Below, piece after piece: positions 47,996 to 57,800 of a stretch of DNA of 62,496 nt (within the stretch, counting starts at the first letter, position 1; the number at the start of each line of letters is the position of its first letter). The translations under genes and the position numbers were made by a program. The notes under the pieces are model-generated. The model was given only the letters and a program-made list of their open reading frames with translations. It made no database searches and was not told where the DNA came from. The stretch comes from a virus (lineage: Duplodnaviria > Caudoviricetes), in IMG/VR virus record IMGVR_UViG_3300025773_000007, positions 1 through 62,496 of that record; one strand, 5' to 3'.

Positions 47996-49450
47996 TTATA
48001 AATCCGCCTTTGGTCTAAGCACTTTGCTGATGCTTTGTCTTTGTTCTTCTCTATCGTTGTATAAGGTAATAGTCCATTGTCCAGCGTAAGGAATTGTCTG
48101 TTGTTCACCGCCAATTACAGGTAAATTAATTCTTAACAACAATGGACTTGATGGAGTTTTTCTATAAGTTGTAATTAAGTTTGGATAATCACTGACAGCA
48201 TAATCAATTAGTATGTTGTCTAGTTTTAAAACTACATAAATTCCCACTGGAGCAGATGGTAAAGTTGTACTGATAAGACTAACTCCTGCATCAATTTGAT
48301 CTTGTGTAAATGTTGCAAATGTTGTGGCAATTGCATCTGAATAAGTCCAAAGATTATTGTTGATAAATCCAGTTTTAAGTGTGCTACGAGTATCAGTTTG
48401 TGTCATAGTCATGCGTACACTATCTTCTACAGCTACCCATCCGCCTGTGCCAGAATCAAATCTAAACAATCTGTTAGGTAAGAAATCTACACGCAAGAAA
48501 AAGTCATTGTTAGCTGGCGCCGCTGGAAAATTAACACCAAATCCAAACGCATATCCGTTAACTGGAAAACCATCTCCAACCAAGTATCCTGTATAACCTG
48601 TACGCAATGGTACACCGTACGTACCACTGGCAAGTTGTCCTGCATTGCTAGCATTGACAGTTTCATCATCTGCGGCCTGTAGTGTAGTTTGCCCGCCAGT
48701 AGCACTGGCCGCAAGAGTATAAAATTGACGAGTTTCATAACCACTCTTAGGAGCATCTGCTTCAGCTTGGGCAACAACTTGATTGTTAATTTCAATTTCT
48801 TTATTATATGTACTGAGCAAATCTTTAAGAGTAGTTCCTGCAACTGGATCTCCATTGGCATCCAAGGCTTGCTGATTAAAGATTTGTGCAAATTGCTGAC
48901 TATCTGTAATTCGTTTAAGTTTTAATCTGTACAAATGTGGATACCAAGTTACGCTAAATCCTTCGCTAGCACGGCCTACATCTTCGATTACATAATAACG
49001 TGGTAAACTAAAGTCAAAATCGTTAAGAGCAAAATCGTCACGCAAATGCGGAAGTTCTATAACGTCCCCACTGATAGGTTTGCGCCCAATATACTTGATA
49101 AAATCGTTAATGTGTATGGTCATGTACAGGGTATCGTTGTCAATAAACAGGCCAAATTGGCTCAAATTAAAATCAATATTTTGTACATTATAAAGCCCGC
49201 GAATTCTGTAGATTTCCGAGTCGTATTTTCTGTCACGATTTTCTAAAAATAGCAAATCTTGTATGTTTGTTACTGCTGTATTAGCATAATTAGGCTGATC
49301 AGCTGTAGCATTAGCTGGGTCTGTACCAGCACCTAAGTATTTGTGCAGATAGACATCGGTTCCGCCAGCTTGAAACATCTCGCTGGCTTGGCGGTCAATG
49401 AACTTGTAGTCATTGCCCTTTTCTGGTTTATAAAGTGATAAGCGTGGCAT
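47996..49450 (-). CDS. gp14: Neck protein (T4 gp14-like) with C-terminal extension
   Basis: G.DVYLHKY, DLLFLE and LSQFGLFIDND...P..GDVIELP parallel gp14 motifs. Located between gp13-like and gp15-like genes. Confidence 0.75.
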   Translation of the reverse strand: MPRLSLYKPEKGNDYKFIDRQASEMFQAGGTDVYLHKYLGAGTDPANATADQPNYANTAVTNIQDLLFLENRDRKYDSEIYRIRGLYNVQNIDFNLSQFGLFIDNDTLYMTIHINDFIKYIGRKPISGDVIELPHLRDDFALNDFDFSLPRYYVIEDVGRASEGFSVTWYPHLYRLKLKRITDSQQFAQIFNQQALDANGDPVAGTTLKDLLSTYNKEIEINNQVVAQAEADAPKSGYETRQFYTLAASATGGQTTLQAADDETVNASNAGQLASGTYGVPLRTGYTGYLVGDGFPVNGYAFGFGVNFPAAPANNDFFLRVDFLPNRLFRFDSGTGGWVAVEDSVRMTMTQTDTRSTLKTGFINNNLWTYSDAIATTFATFTQDQIDAGVSLISTTLPSAPVGIYVVLKLDNILIDYAVSDYPNLITTYRKTPSSPLLLRINLPVIGGEQQTIPYAGQWTITLYNDREEQRQSISKVLRPKADL

Positions 49451-49455
49451 AATGA

Positions 49456-49474
49456 TATTTATCGAAGCTAAATA
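49456..49474. promoter_or_regulatory. Back-to-back divergent late promoters
   Basis: TATTTATC (49456-49463, GATAAATA on the minus strand, 5 nt from ATG 49450) and CTAAATA (49468-49474, plus strand). Confidence 0.75.
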
Positions 49475-49491
49475 TGTATGAGGAACTAATT

Positions 49492-50277
49492 ATGGACGAT
49501 TTCGCACCTACAACGCTATCCGACCCAACAGCTGAAAGAAATAAGGTATTTGACTATGTCAAACTAATGCTAGGCGACGGCATGGTTGAGGTGGAATTAG
49601 ACCCAGCACACTATGAAGCAGCACTGGATAGAGCACTAAATCGCTATAGACAAAAAAGCCCAAATGCTGTGGAAGAAAGCTATTTGTTTATAGAACTAAT
49701 TCAGGATACAAATGAATATAAATTGCCCGACGAAGTTATTGAAGTTCGTCAGGTATTTCGTCGTGCTATCGGTTCAAGAAGTGGTATGGGTGCAGGTGGA
49801 ACATTGTTCGAACCATTCAACTTGGCGTACACAAACACTTACTTGATGAGTGGTAGCATGATGGGCGGACTAGCAACTTATGAAGCATTTGCTGGTTATC
49901 AAAAACTAGTTGGACGTATGTTTGGTAGTTATATTGAATTTAAATGGAAACCAACTAGCCATTTACTAACAATTCTACAACGTCCGTTTGCACAAGGCGA
50001 ACAGATTCTTGTACAAAGTTATAATTTCCGTCCAGACTGGGTCTTGTTACAAGATGTATATGCCAAGCAATGGTTGAAAGACTATACCTTGGCTGTTTGT
50101 AAACAGATGTTAGGTGAAGCACGTAGCAAGTTTGCCAGTATTGCTGGCCCAGGAAGTCCAATTCAGATGAATGGATCTGATTTGAAATCAAGTGCCAAAG
50201 AAGATTTTGACCGTCTAGACAAAGAGCTAGACACTTATGTAGCAGGCGGAAGCGGCTACTATTTTGTACTAGGATAA
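49492..50277 (+). CDS. gp13: Neck protein / head-tail adaptor (T4 gp13-like)
   Basis: DYVKLMLGDGMVEVELD..HY..ALDRAL parallels the gp13 N-terminus. Also WLKDYTLA..K..LGEARSKF...PG....NG. ATG 49492 has RBS GAGGA, whereas the track start 49474 overlaps the promoter. Confidence 0.85.
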   Translation: MDDFAPTTLSDPTAERNKVFDYVKLMLGDGMVEVELDPAHYEAALDRALNRYRQKSPNAVEESYLFIELIQDTNEYKLPDEVIEVRQVFRRAIGSRSGMGAGGTLFEPFNLAYTNTYLMSGSMMGGLATYEAFAGYQKLVGRMFGSYIEFKWKPTSHLLTILQRPFAQGEQILVQSYNFRPDWVLLQDVYAKQWLKDYTLAVCKQMLGEARSKFASIAGPGSPIQMNGSDLKSSAKEDFDRLDKELDTYVAGGSGYYFVLG

Positions 50278-50281
50278 TTGT

Positions 50282-50608
50282 ATGTCAATTAAAATTACAG
50301 ATCTGCCATCAGAATCCACGCTATCTGGCGCCACTATAATCTATGTAGTAGATCCAGCAGGACCAACTAGCTATCAAAGTACGCTATCCAACGTTGCTAC
50401 TTACATGAAAGGAGCATTGGCCACTACGATGGTACATGCTTTTGTTGTAGATGCTAGTGGAAATTTGCAATACACACAAATAACTGATTCAAATGTACAA
50501 CTACAGTCTGGCGGTTCAGATTTATATGCCACAGTAGATGTCGGAACAAACCAATATAGCTATAGCATTGACGCCAGCGGCAATTTGATTGCCACGTATA
50601 GTTATTGA
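50282..50608 (+). CDS. Small virion protein
   Basis: 108 aa. MSIKITDLP....L.....YVVD....SYQSTL type N-terminus, common in phage fibre-associated proteins, and two VDASGNL-type repeats. Confidence 0.55.
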   Translation: MSIKITDLPSESTLSGATIIYVVDPAGPTSYQSTLSNVATYMKGALATTMVHAFVVDASGNLQYTQITDSNVQLQSGGSDLYATVDVGTNQYSYSIDASGNLIATYSY

Positions 50609-50614
50609 TAAATA
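50607..50614 (+). promoter_or_regulatory. T4-like late promoter (GATAAATA)
   Basis: Overlaps the upstream stop, 18 nt before ATG 50633. Confidence 0.65.
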
Positions 50615-50632
50615 TTAGAAATTGGAAAAACT

Positions 50633-53600
50633 ATGAGTATAACCACTGTAAACTTAGGAAAAATTAGATTAAACTGGCGTGGCAATTGGGCAACCACCAC
50701 AGCTTATAGCATAAACGATGCTGTATATTACGGCGGCAACAGTTATGTTTGTGTAACAGCCAATACATCCAGTTCTTGGTCCACTGATCTTTCATCAGGT
50801 TTTTGGCAAATCATGGCCAGCGGAGCAACAGCCAATACAACAGCTGGTGATATAACTTACTATGGCGGAAGTGGCAATACCAATTTGCCTATCGGTAGTT
50901 ATGGCCAAGTACTAACAGTTGGTTCCAGTGGATATCCTATTTGGCAAAGTCCAGTTATCGAAGGCGATGTATTTTATGTTAGTATCAACGGTAATGACAG
51001 CAACAACGGCACTAGTTTAAACCAAGCATTTAAAACATTAAAATATGCCTGTAGTCAAGTTACAGGACCAGCAACAATTTATGTTAAGACTGGTACATAT
51101 TACGAAACTTTACCTATCACAGTGCCTGCAAACGTTTCTATCGTTGGCGACAGTATGCGTGATACTGTTATTGCAGCATTAACAGGAACTGCTAGTACAA
51201 ATTATGTCAGCGGTGGTAATACAACCACTCTAGTTGTTTCGTCTACCAGCGGTATTTTAGCAGGCATGACTGTGACCGGTACAGGTTATTCAAGCGGGCA
51301 AAAAGTTGTCAGTGTAACTAACAGTACAACATTGGTAATGAGTGCAGTATCGAATTCAACACCAAGTGGCACATTAACATTCACATATCTAAGTACAGAT
51401 GCTAGTCCAGTAGTTAATAATTTAAGTACCATGTTCTATCTAAGTGACCAAACTTTACTACAAGGTTTGTTACTAACTGGTATGACTGGTTTTGCTATCA
51501 ACGGAAGTTATCCAACTGATATTACCCGTGCTACAATTGGCGGTGTTTATTTAAGATTAAATCCTAGCTCAGTAATTACAAAAAGTCCATATGTAAAAGA
51601 CTGTACTGCAAAGAGTACAGGTGGTGTTGGTGCTATTGTAGACGGAAGCGTTCAAGCAAGCGGCAACAAGAGTATGGTGTTCTGGGCCTACAACATGGTG
51701 CTTGACGGCGGTGTAGGTTTATGGTGTGCAAATGGCGGTAAAGCAGAAGCTGTATCAGTGTTCACGTACTATTGCTACATGGGCTATACAGCCAGCGGTG
51801 GTGGTCTGATCCGTAGTATTGCAGGTAATAACAGTTATGGTACATATGGTGCTGTTAGTTTAGGTTATCTAAGTACAGAAACAGCAATTACTGGTACAGT
51901 ATACGGCGGTATGTTAACCTATAACACCGCACTATCAACCGGTACATTCACACAAGGTGAAACAATTACACAAGCAACTAGTGGCGCTACTGGTGTAGTT
52001 ACTAGTGTGCAAACTGGTTACTTGTACTATAAAGCTACCAGCGGAACATTCAATACAACCAACTTAGTAACAGGTGGTTCTAGCGGAGCAACTTTAACTC
52101 CAACAGTAGTAGGCGGACAATCAAATTATGTATTAGTATTGAGTGGAGTAAGCGGAACTATTAGTGCAGGTGCAAGTTTGCAATTTGCATCAGGCGATAC
52201 TAGTGCTTATGTTGTCAGTGCTGTAAGTACAGCTACAGTTAACAGTACAGCGGTTACTATTTTAACTCTAGCACAACAAAAAACCGTGGCTAGTAATGAT
52301 GGTGTTGGAGTTCAAGTTCGTTATAACTTTAGTTTGATTAGATTACAGTCGCATGACTTCTTGCAAATTGGTACTGGCGGTATTGCTACGACAAACTATC
52401 CAGGGACACCAACACAAGGTCCTACTCCAGCTAACCAAATTAACTACACATTCCCAGGTCGTGTTTATTATGTGTCAACAGACGAACTTGGTAACTTTTA
52501 TGTAGGTAACTATTTCAGCGTTAACCAAGCAACTGGTGCAGCTACATTGAATGCTAGTGCGTTCAACTTGAGCGGTTTGACCAGCTTGCGACTAGGTTCA
52601 ATTGGCGCACAACTTGGCGCACAGATTAACGAATTCTCAACAGACGGGACATTAAGTCAAAACTCAGACGTTAAAGTTCCAACACAACATGCGGTTACAA
52701 CTTACTTAGGTGCCGCGTATCAAAACATTAGTCCTGCTGTAGATACAGTAGTGACCACAGCAACAGCAAGTAGTGGAGCAAATATTACAGTCGGAACAAC
52801 AACTGGTATGGTTGTTAACATGACTGTAGTGTTTGGTGCTAACTTAGGTAGTTTGACAGCACAAACTGTATACTATCTATTATCAGCCAGCGGCACAACA
52901 ATCACTGTTAGTCTTGCACCAGGCGGCGCAGCTGTTACAGTTGGAACAACAACTGGACAAAACGTTGCCGTAAACACTGGTTATAGTTTAGGTGTTGCAA
53001 GTAGACGTTGGAGTCACTTGTACGTGGGTCCAGGATCAATTACACTAGGATCTATTACAATTAGCGATGTCAGTGGTACACTACAAGTTACCAGCTCTGG
53101 TAGCAATGCCAATGCAAATATTAACAGTATTCAAAATGGTACTAGTAATGTCACTGTAGCTAACAACGGTACTGTGACAATTGCTTCAGCAGGTACCACA
53201 GCAATTACAGCTACAGCAGTCAGTACAACAGTCAACAACAATTTGATTGTAAGCGGAACACTAACTGTTAGCGGTGCTACTGACTATGTTGGAGCTACTA
53301 ATACAGTTTATACTGACAATTTGATTGAACTACATGCACCATCAGGTGGTGTAGGTGGCACATGGGCTACCAATGACGGTAAAGACATTGGTTTACGTAT
53401 GCACTATTATGCTAACAGTGCTGATCAAAATGCTGCATTGGTATTGGCCAATGACAGTGGTTATTTGGAATGGTACAACACTGGTACAGAAAACGTTAGT
53501 GGCGACTTTGTATCAGCCTCATATGGTACTATCAAGGCCGCCTCATTTTTAGCAACAACTAGTGTGGACAGCAGTAGCACATCATTTAATCTTGTAAACA

Positions 53601-54472
53601 CCACAGCTACAACGTTAAACATTGGCGGAGCGGCAACTACAATCGGTATTGGTGCTAGCACTGGTACAACCACCGTCAATAATCAATTGACTACTAACAA
53701 TGCTGTAGTGAACACTTTGCTAAAAACTGGTTCAACCATTGGCTATACTGATACTGGTATATTGGCCACTTTTGCCAACAGCACAGCTGGATACAACCAG
53801 ATTATTTTACAAAATACCAGCAACAACTCTAGTGCAAGCACAAACTTTAACGTAAGTAATAATTTAGGATCTGCCACAACCAACTACGGTGAGTTTGGTA
53901 TGAACTCTAGTACGTTTACTGGATCTGGCGCATTTAATACAGCAGGCAATGTGTATCTAGCCGCGGCTAGTACTGATTTGGCCATAGGCACATATGGTTC
54001 AAATGCTATACACTTTGTTGTGAATAGCGGCGCAACGGATGCTGCAACTATTTCAAGCAGTGGTGTATTTTCAACCACTAGTCCATCGTTTACAACCAGC
54101 GTAACCACAACTAGTACAACATTTGGTATGTACAATGCCAACGCTACAACAATCAATTTTGGCCAAGCTGCAACCACAATGAATATTGGAGCACCAGGTA
54201 CTACTGTGTACATTGGGCAAAATACTGGTAACTCAATATTGAGTATACTGGGCAATACATCTAGTGGAACAGCAGCCATTACTACCAATGTTACATCTGG
54301 CACATTGAACATAGGTGCAGGTGTCACAGGAACAGTTGTAATTGGCGCTACAGGATCAAACATTTATTTAGGCGGCACAACAACTAGCGATACAACTTAC
54401 GCATACGTGGGTAATAACAAAGTAGCCACTATGGGTCGCAGTATTGCAATGTCCATGGTATTCGGTGGATAA
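50633..54472 (+). CDS. Tail fibre/spike-like structural protein (1279 aa), third paralogue of the giant proteins
   Basis: NLGKIRLNWRGNW start, one CBM-like repeat, FYVSINGNDSNNG...GTYYETLPITVP beta-helix, HDFLQIG...STDELGNF...FSTD...PTQHA, a fibre shaft and C-terminal SIAMSMVFGG. Confidence 0.8.
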   Translation: MSITTVNLGKIRLNWRGNWATTTAYSINDAVYYGGNSYVCVTANTSSSWSTDLSSGFWQIMASGATANTTAGDITYYGGSGNTNLPIGSYGQVLTVGSSGYPIWQSPVIEGDVFYVSINGNDSNNGTSLNQAFKTLKYACSQVTGPATIYVKTGTYYETLPITVPANVSIVGDSMRDTVIAALTGTASTNYVSGGNTTTLVVSSTSGILAGMTVTGTGYSSGQKVVSVTNSTTLVMSAVSNSTPSGTLTFTYLSTDASPVVNNLSTMFYLSDQTLLQGLLLTGMTGFAINGSYPTDITRATIGGVYLRLNPSSVITKSPYVKDCTAKSTGGVGAIVDGSVQASGNKSMVFWAYNMVLDGGVGLWCANGGKAEAVSVFTYYCYMGYTASGGGLIRSIAGNNSYGTYGAVSLGYLSTETAITGTVYGGMLTYNTALSTGTFTQGETITQATSGATGVVTSVQTGYLYYKATSGTFNTTNLVTGGSSGATLTPTVVGGQSNYVLVLSGVSGTISAGASLQFASGDTSAYVVSAVSTATVNSTAVTILTLAQQKTVASNDGVGVQVRYNFSLIRLQSHDFLQIGTGGIATTNYPGTPTQGPTPANQINYTFPGRVYYVSTDELGNFYVGNYFSVNQATGAATLNASAFNLSGLTSLRLGSIGAQLGAQINEFSTDGTLSQNSDVKVPTQHAVTTYLGAAYQNISPAVDTVVTTATASSGANITVGTTTGMVVNMTVVFGANLGSLTAQTVYYLLSASGTTITVSLAPGGAAVTVGTTTGQNVAVNTGYSLGVASRRWSHLYVGPGSITLGSITISDVSGTLQVTSSGSNANANINSIQNGTSNVTVANNGTVTIASAGTTAITATAVSTTVNNNLIVSGTLTVSGATDYVGATNTVYTDNLIELHAPSGGVGGTWATNDGKDIGLRMHYYANSADQNAALVLANDSGYLEWYNTGTENVSGDFVSASYGTIKAASFLATTSVDSSSTSFNLVNTTATTLNIGGAATTIGIGASTGTTTVNNQLTTNNAVVNTLLKTGSTIGYTDTGILATFANSTAGYNQIILQNTSNNSSASTNFNVSNNLGSATTNYGEFGMNSSTFTGSGAFNTAGNVYLAAASTDLAIGTYGSNAIHFVVNSGATDAATISSSGVFSTTSPSFTTSVTTTSTTFGMYNANATTINFGQAATTMNIGAPGTTVYIGQNTGNSILSILGNTSSGTAAITTNVTSGTLNIGAGVTGTVVIGATGSNIYLGGTTTSDTTYAYVGNNKVATMGRSIAMSMVFGG

Positions 54473-54475
54473 ATA
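54468..54475 (+). promoter_or_regulatory. T4-like late promoter (GATAAATA)
   Basis: Overlaps the upstream stop, followed by RBS AAGGA and ATG 54493. Confidence 0.6.
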
Positions 54476-54492
54476 TACAAAAGGATTAGAAA

Positions 54493-54867
54493 ATGACAGC
54501 TCCAAATATAGTAAACGTACAATCAATTACAGGAACAACCAGTACTGTAGCGTTGAGTACTACTAGTATTACTAGTTTAGTAAGTAACGCAGCCAGCAGT
54601 AACCAAGTGTTAAAGATTAATAATGTTATTGTTTCCAACACAAACGGTACAAACGCTTGTAACTTTACATTGAGTTATTGTAGTGCGGCCAGTGCAGGCG
54701 GTACAGCAAGCCCAATGGCTAGCACCGTTAGTATTCCAGCTAACGCTTCGTTAATTGCATTAGACAAAAGCACACAAATTTACTTGCCAGAAAATACCAG
54801 TTTAGGTGTTACAGCAGGTACAGCCAGCGTCTTAACGGTAACAGTCAGCTACGAAATAATTAGCTAA
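54493..54867 (+). CDS. Small structural protein, 110-120 aa family (copy 4)
   Basis: MTAPNIVNV..I.G.T...KINNVIVSN...TVSIPANASL....IYL.E...VSYEIIS. Confidence 0.65.
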   Translation: MTAPNIVNVQSITGTTSTVALSTTSITSLVSNAASSNQVLKINNVIVSNTNGTNACNFTLSYCSAASAGGTASPMASTVSIPANASLIALDKSTQIYLPENTSLGVTAGTASVLTVTVSYEIIS

Positions 54868-54880
54868 GGAGCTCCTTAAA

Positions 54881-57800
54881 ATGGCAAACCGTTTTATAGG
54901 TGGCGTCTTAACTAGCCAAAAACAACCTACCACAGGCTTTGTCAGTCGTGCCAGCACAGGCACATATTTTAACAGTAGTGGTGTATTAACCACAGCTGCT
55001 ATTAATCAACCTCGCTTAAATTACTCTTATGTGAACGGTTCTTGGACTCAACCGACAGTATTGATTGAACCAGCAAGTACTAATATTGTTACCGGTAGTT
55101 CAGATTTTTCAAATGTTACTTACTGGTCAACAAATAACTCTACTATAGCGACAGCCGCTGCTGTCGCCCCTGACGGTACTACTACCGCTTGTAAAATTCA
55201 AGAAACTACTGCAAATACTCTGCACGGTGTTGAAAACCAATTGGGTTCAACCAATGGTTTAGCATACACACTTAGTATTTTTGCAAAAGCCGCAGAGCGT
55301 AGTTGGCTCATTATTGATAATACGCACCAAGGCGTTGCTAATTATAGAAATTATTTTAACTTATCAACTGGTGCTACTGGAACAATAGCAGGTGGAAATA
55401 GTCAATTAAGTATGGTGCCTGTTGGGAACGGATGGTATCGCTGTAGTGTAACTCGACCAGCAGGAACATACGGAACTCATCGGGTTTGTATATACACTAC
55501 TACTGGAGATGCTACTCCAACATACACAGGAACATCGGGGTCAGGGATTTATATTTGGGGGTGTCAGTTAGAGTATCAATTAGGGACAACAAGTTTTATT
55601 CCTGTAACCAGTGTTGCAATTACTCGCGCACAAGACGATGTAGGTCCAATATCTGGCGGAATATATAGATTAGAAGAATTACAAAATCAAAGTAGTATAG
55701 ATGATCAATATACTATACAAAGTTTTGTTAACCTAGGATCAAATTACAACTGGACTTGTCCACAAGATGTTACTAGTGTAGAAGTTCTAGTTGTAGGTGG
55801 TGGCGGATCTGGTGCAGATAATGGAGCGGGAGGAGGTGCTGGTGGTGTTGTATATAATTCAAACTATCCAGTTATTCCAGGAAATACTTATACCGTTGTA
55901 GTTGGATCAGGTGGATCCGGTTCTACAGCAGGATCAAACGTTAACGGTACTAGTGGCCAATATAGCCAATTTGGAACATTAGTTGCAAACGGCGGAGGGT
56001 TTGGAGGTTCTGGCGGAACCCCTGCCCAAGGTGCCGCCGGTGGATCAGGTGGAGGCAGTGCTGCATTATTGGCCTCAACAACATTAAATGGCGGTCCAGG
56101 AACTGCTGGACAAGGGTTTAGTGGTGGCCAAAGTTACGGCGGAACAAGTCCTTATCCTGCAGGTGGTGGTGGCGGTGCCGGAGGCAACGGCGGCAATGCA
56201 TCTGGAAATGCACAAAATGCATTTAACCTTGGCGGTCAAGGTGGAGTTGGATTATACTTTCCGCAATTTAGTGCATACGGAGCAAGCGGATATTTTGGTG
56301 GCGGTGGCGGTGGCGGTGGCAATATTGTTGTTACACCATACGGCGTTGGTGGGTTAGGAGGCGGTGGCTCAGCTGGTACTGGGACCGTTTCTGCAAAATC
56401 TGGCGCAACAAATACAGGCGGAGGTGGTGGTGGAGGTGTTGGATTAACCGGCGGCGGAGCTGGCGGATCTGGTGTAGTATTAGTTAGATACAAAAGAACA
56501 AATACACAATTATCAGCCGTAAGCAACGAATCTTTAATAAGTCAAAAATTCATAACATCTAATTATTGGACATGCCCACCAGGTGTTACACAAGTAGAAG
56601 CACTTGTAGTAGCCGGTGGCGGTGGCGGTGGTGGAACTAACGGTGGTGGTGGATCAGGAGGTGGCGCTGGCGGCTTAATTTATAATTCATCAGTGTCAGT
56701 TACTCCAGGAACAACATATCAACTTATTGTTGGCAATGGTGGCCCTGGAGGTTCTTTAGGCATTGGATATAACGGTTATGCTAGTGCATTAGCCAGCGGA
56801 ACAGAATACAACACAAATTATTCATTCAGTGCAACTACAGGGTGGAGTGCTCAATCAAGCGCAACAGTAGGACTATTTACAGGAAACGGCCCTAACGGAG
56901 GCGGAAGTGTAGTGTTAACTTCTACTGGCGGTAGTAATGTCTATTCAACGTTTCTTGTCTCGGGATTAACAAATGGTACACAATATGTTGTTAGTTTCTG
57001 GGCTAAAGGAAGTTCAAATTTCAGCACAGGAACTATTTCATTTACAGACAACGCATACAATAGTGGAAACACGTTAGCAACAGCTACAAGCATTCCATCT
57101 TTAAGTTTAACCTGGTCTCAGTATAGTTTTATTTTTACAGCCAACTCATCTAACCAAATATATGTTTCATTTTTTACCGGCGGCACAAGTACAAATTACA
57201 TGTATGTTAGCCAATTAAGTGTTCGTGCAACTATTATAGGTACAATCGGCGGAGGTGGCGGAGCACAATTTGGAGGAACTGGAAATTCTGGTGGATCCGG
57301 CGGAGGAGGCACTGGTGGAGTAGGTTCTGGAACATCCGGTCAAGGTAACAGTGGTGGTTTAGGTTATAACTGGAGTGTAACTAATGGCAATGGCGGTGGT
57401 GGCGGCGCAGGCCAAGCAGGTCCGCAAGGCGGAACCAAAGATCAAATGCAAAGTGGCTGTGGTGGTAATGGTCTATCATTCACAATAACAGGAAATTTAG
57501 AATTCTATGCAGGCGGCGGCGGTGGGGGAACTTATGCCGCTACTAGTAACAGTTATGGAAGTACGCCTGGCGTAGGCGGAGCCGGCGGCGGCGGCAATGG
57601 TTCATTTAGCGGAGTTGCAGCTCAGCCAGGCGCACCAAATACCGGAGGCGGTGGCGGTGGTTGCGGTGGTAATGGAGTTACTGTTGGAGCCGCTGGAGGA
57701 AGTGGTGTCATTGTGCTAAGATATCGTGTGCCAACCTATGCTGTATTCCAAGATTCAGGATATTGGACTTGTCCATTGGGAGTTACTAGTGTTCAAGCTC

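Noticed and set aside
47884-48114. 76-aa minus-strand ORF spanning the gp14/gp15 junction, suggesting a frameshift fusion
   Set aside because: It is in a different frame from gp15, has no slippery site I can identify and no protein-like motif. The in-frame ATG...TAA...ATA arrangement explains the junction better.
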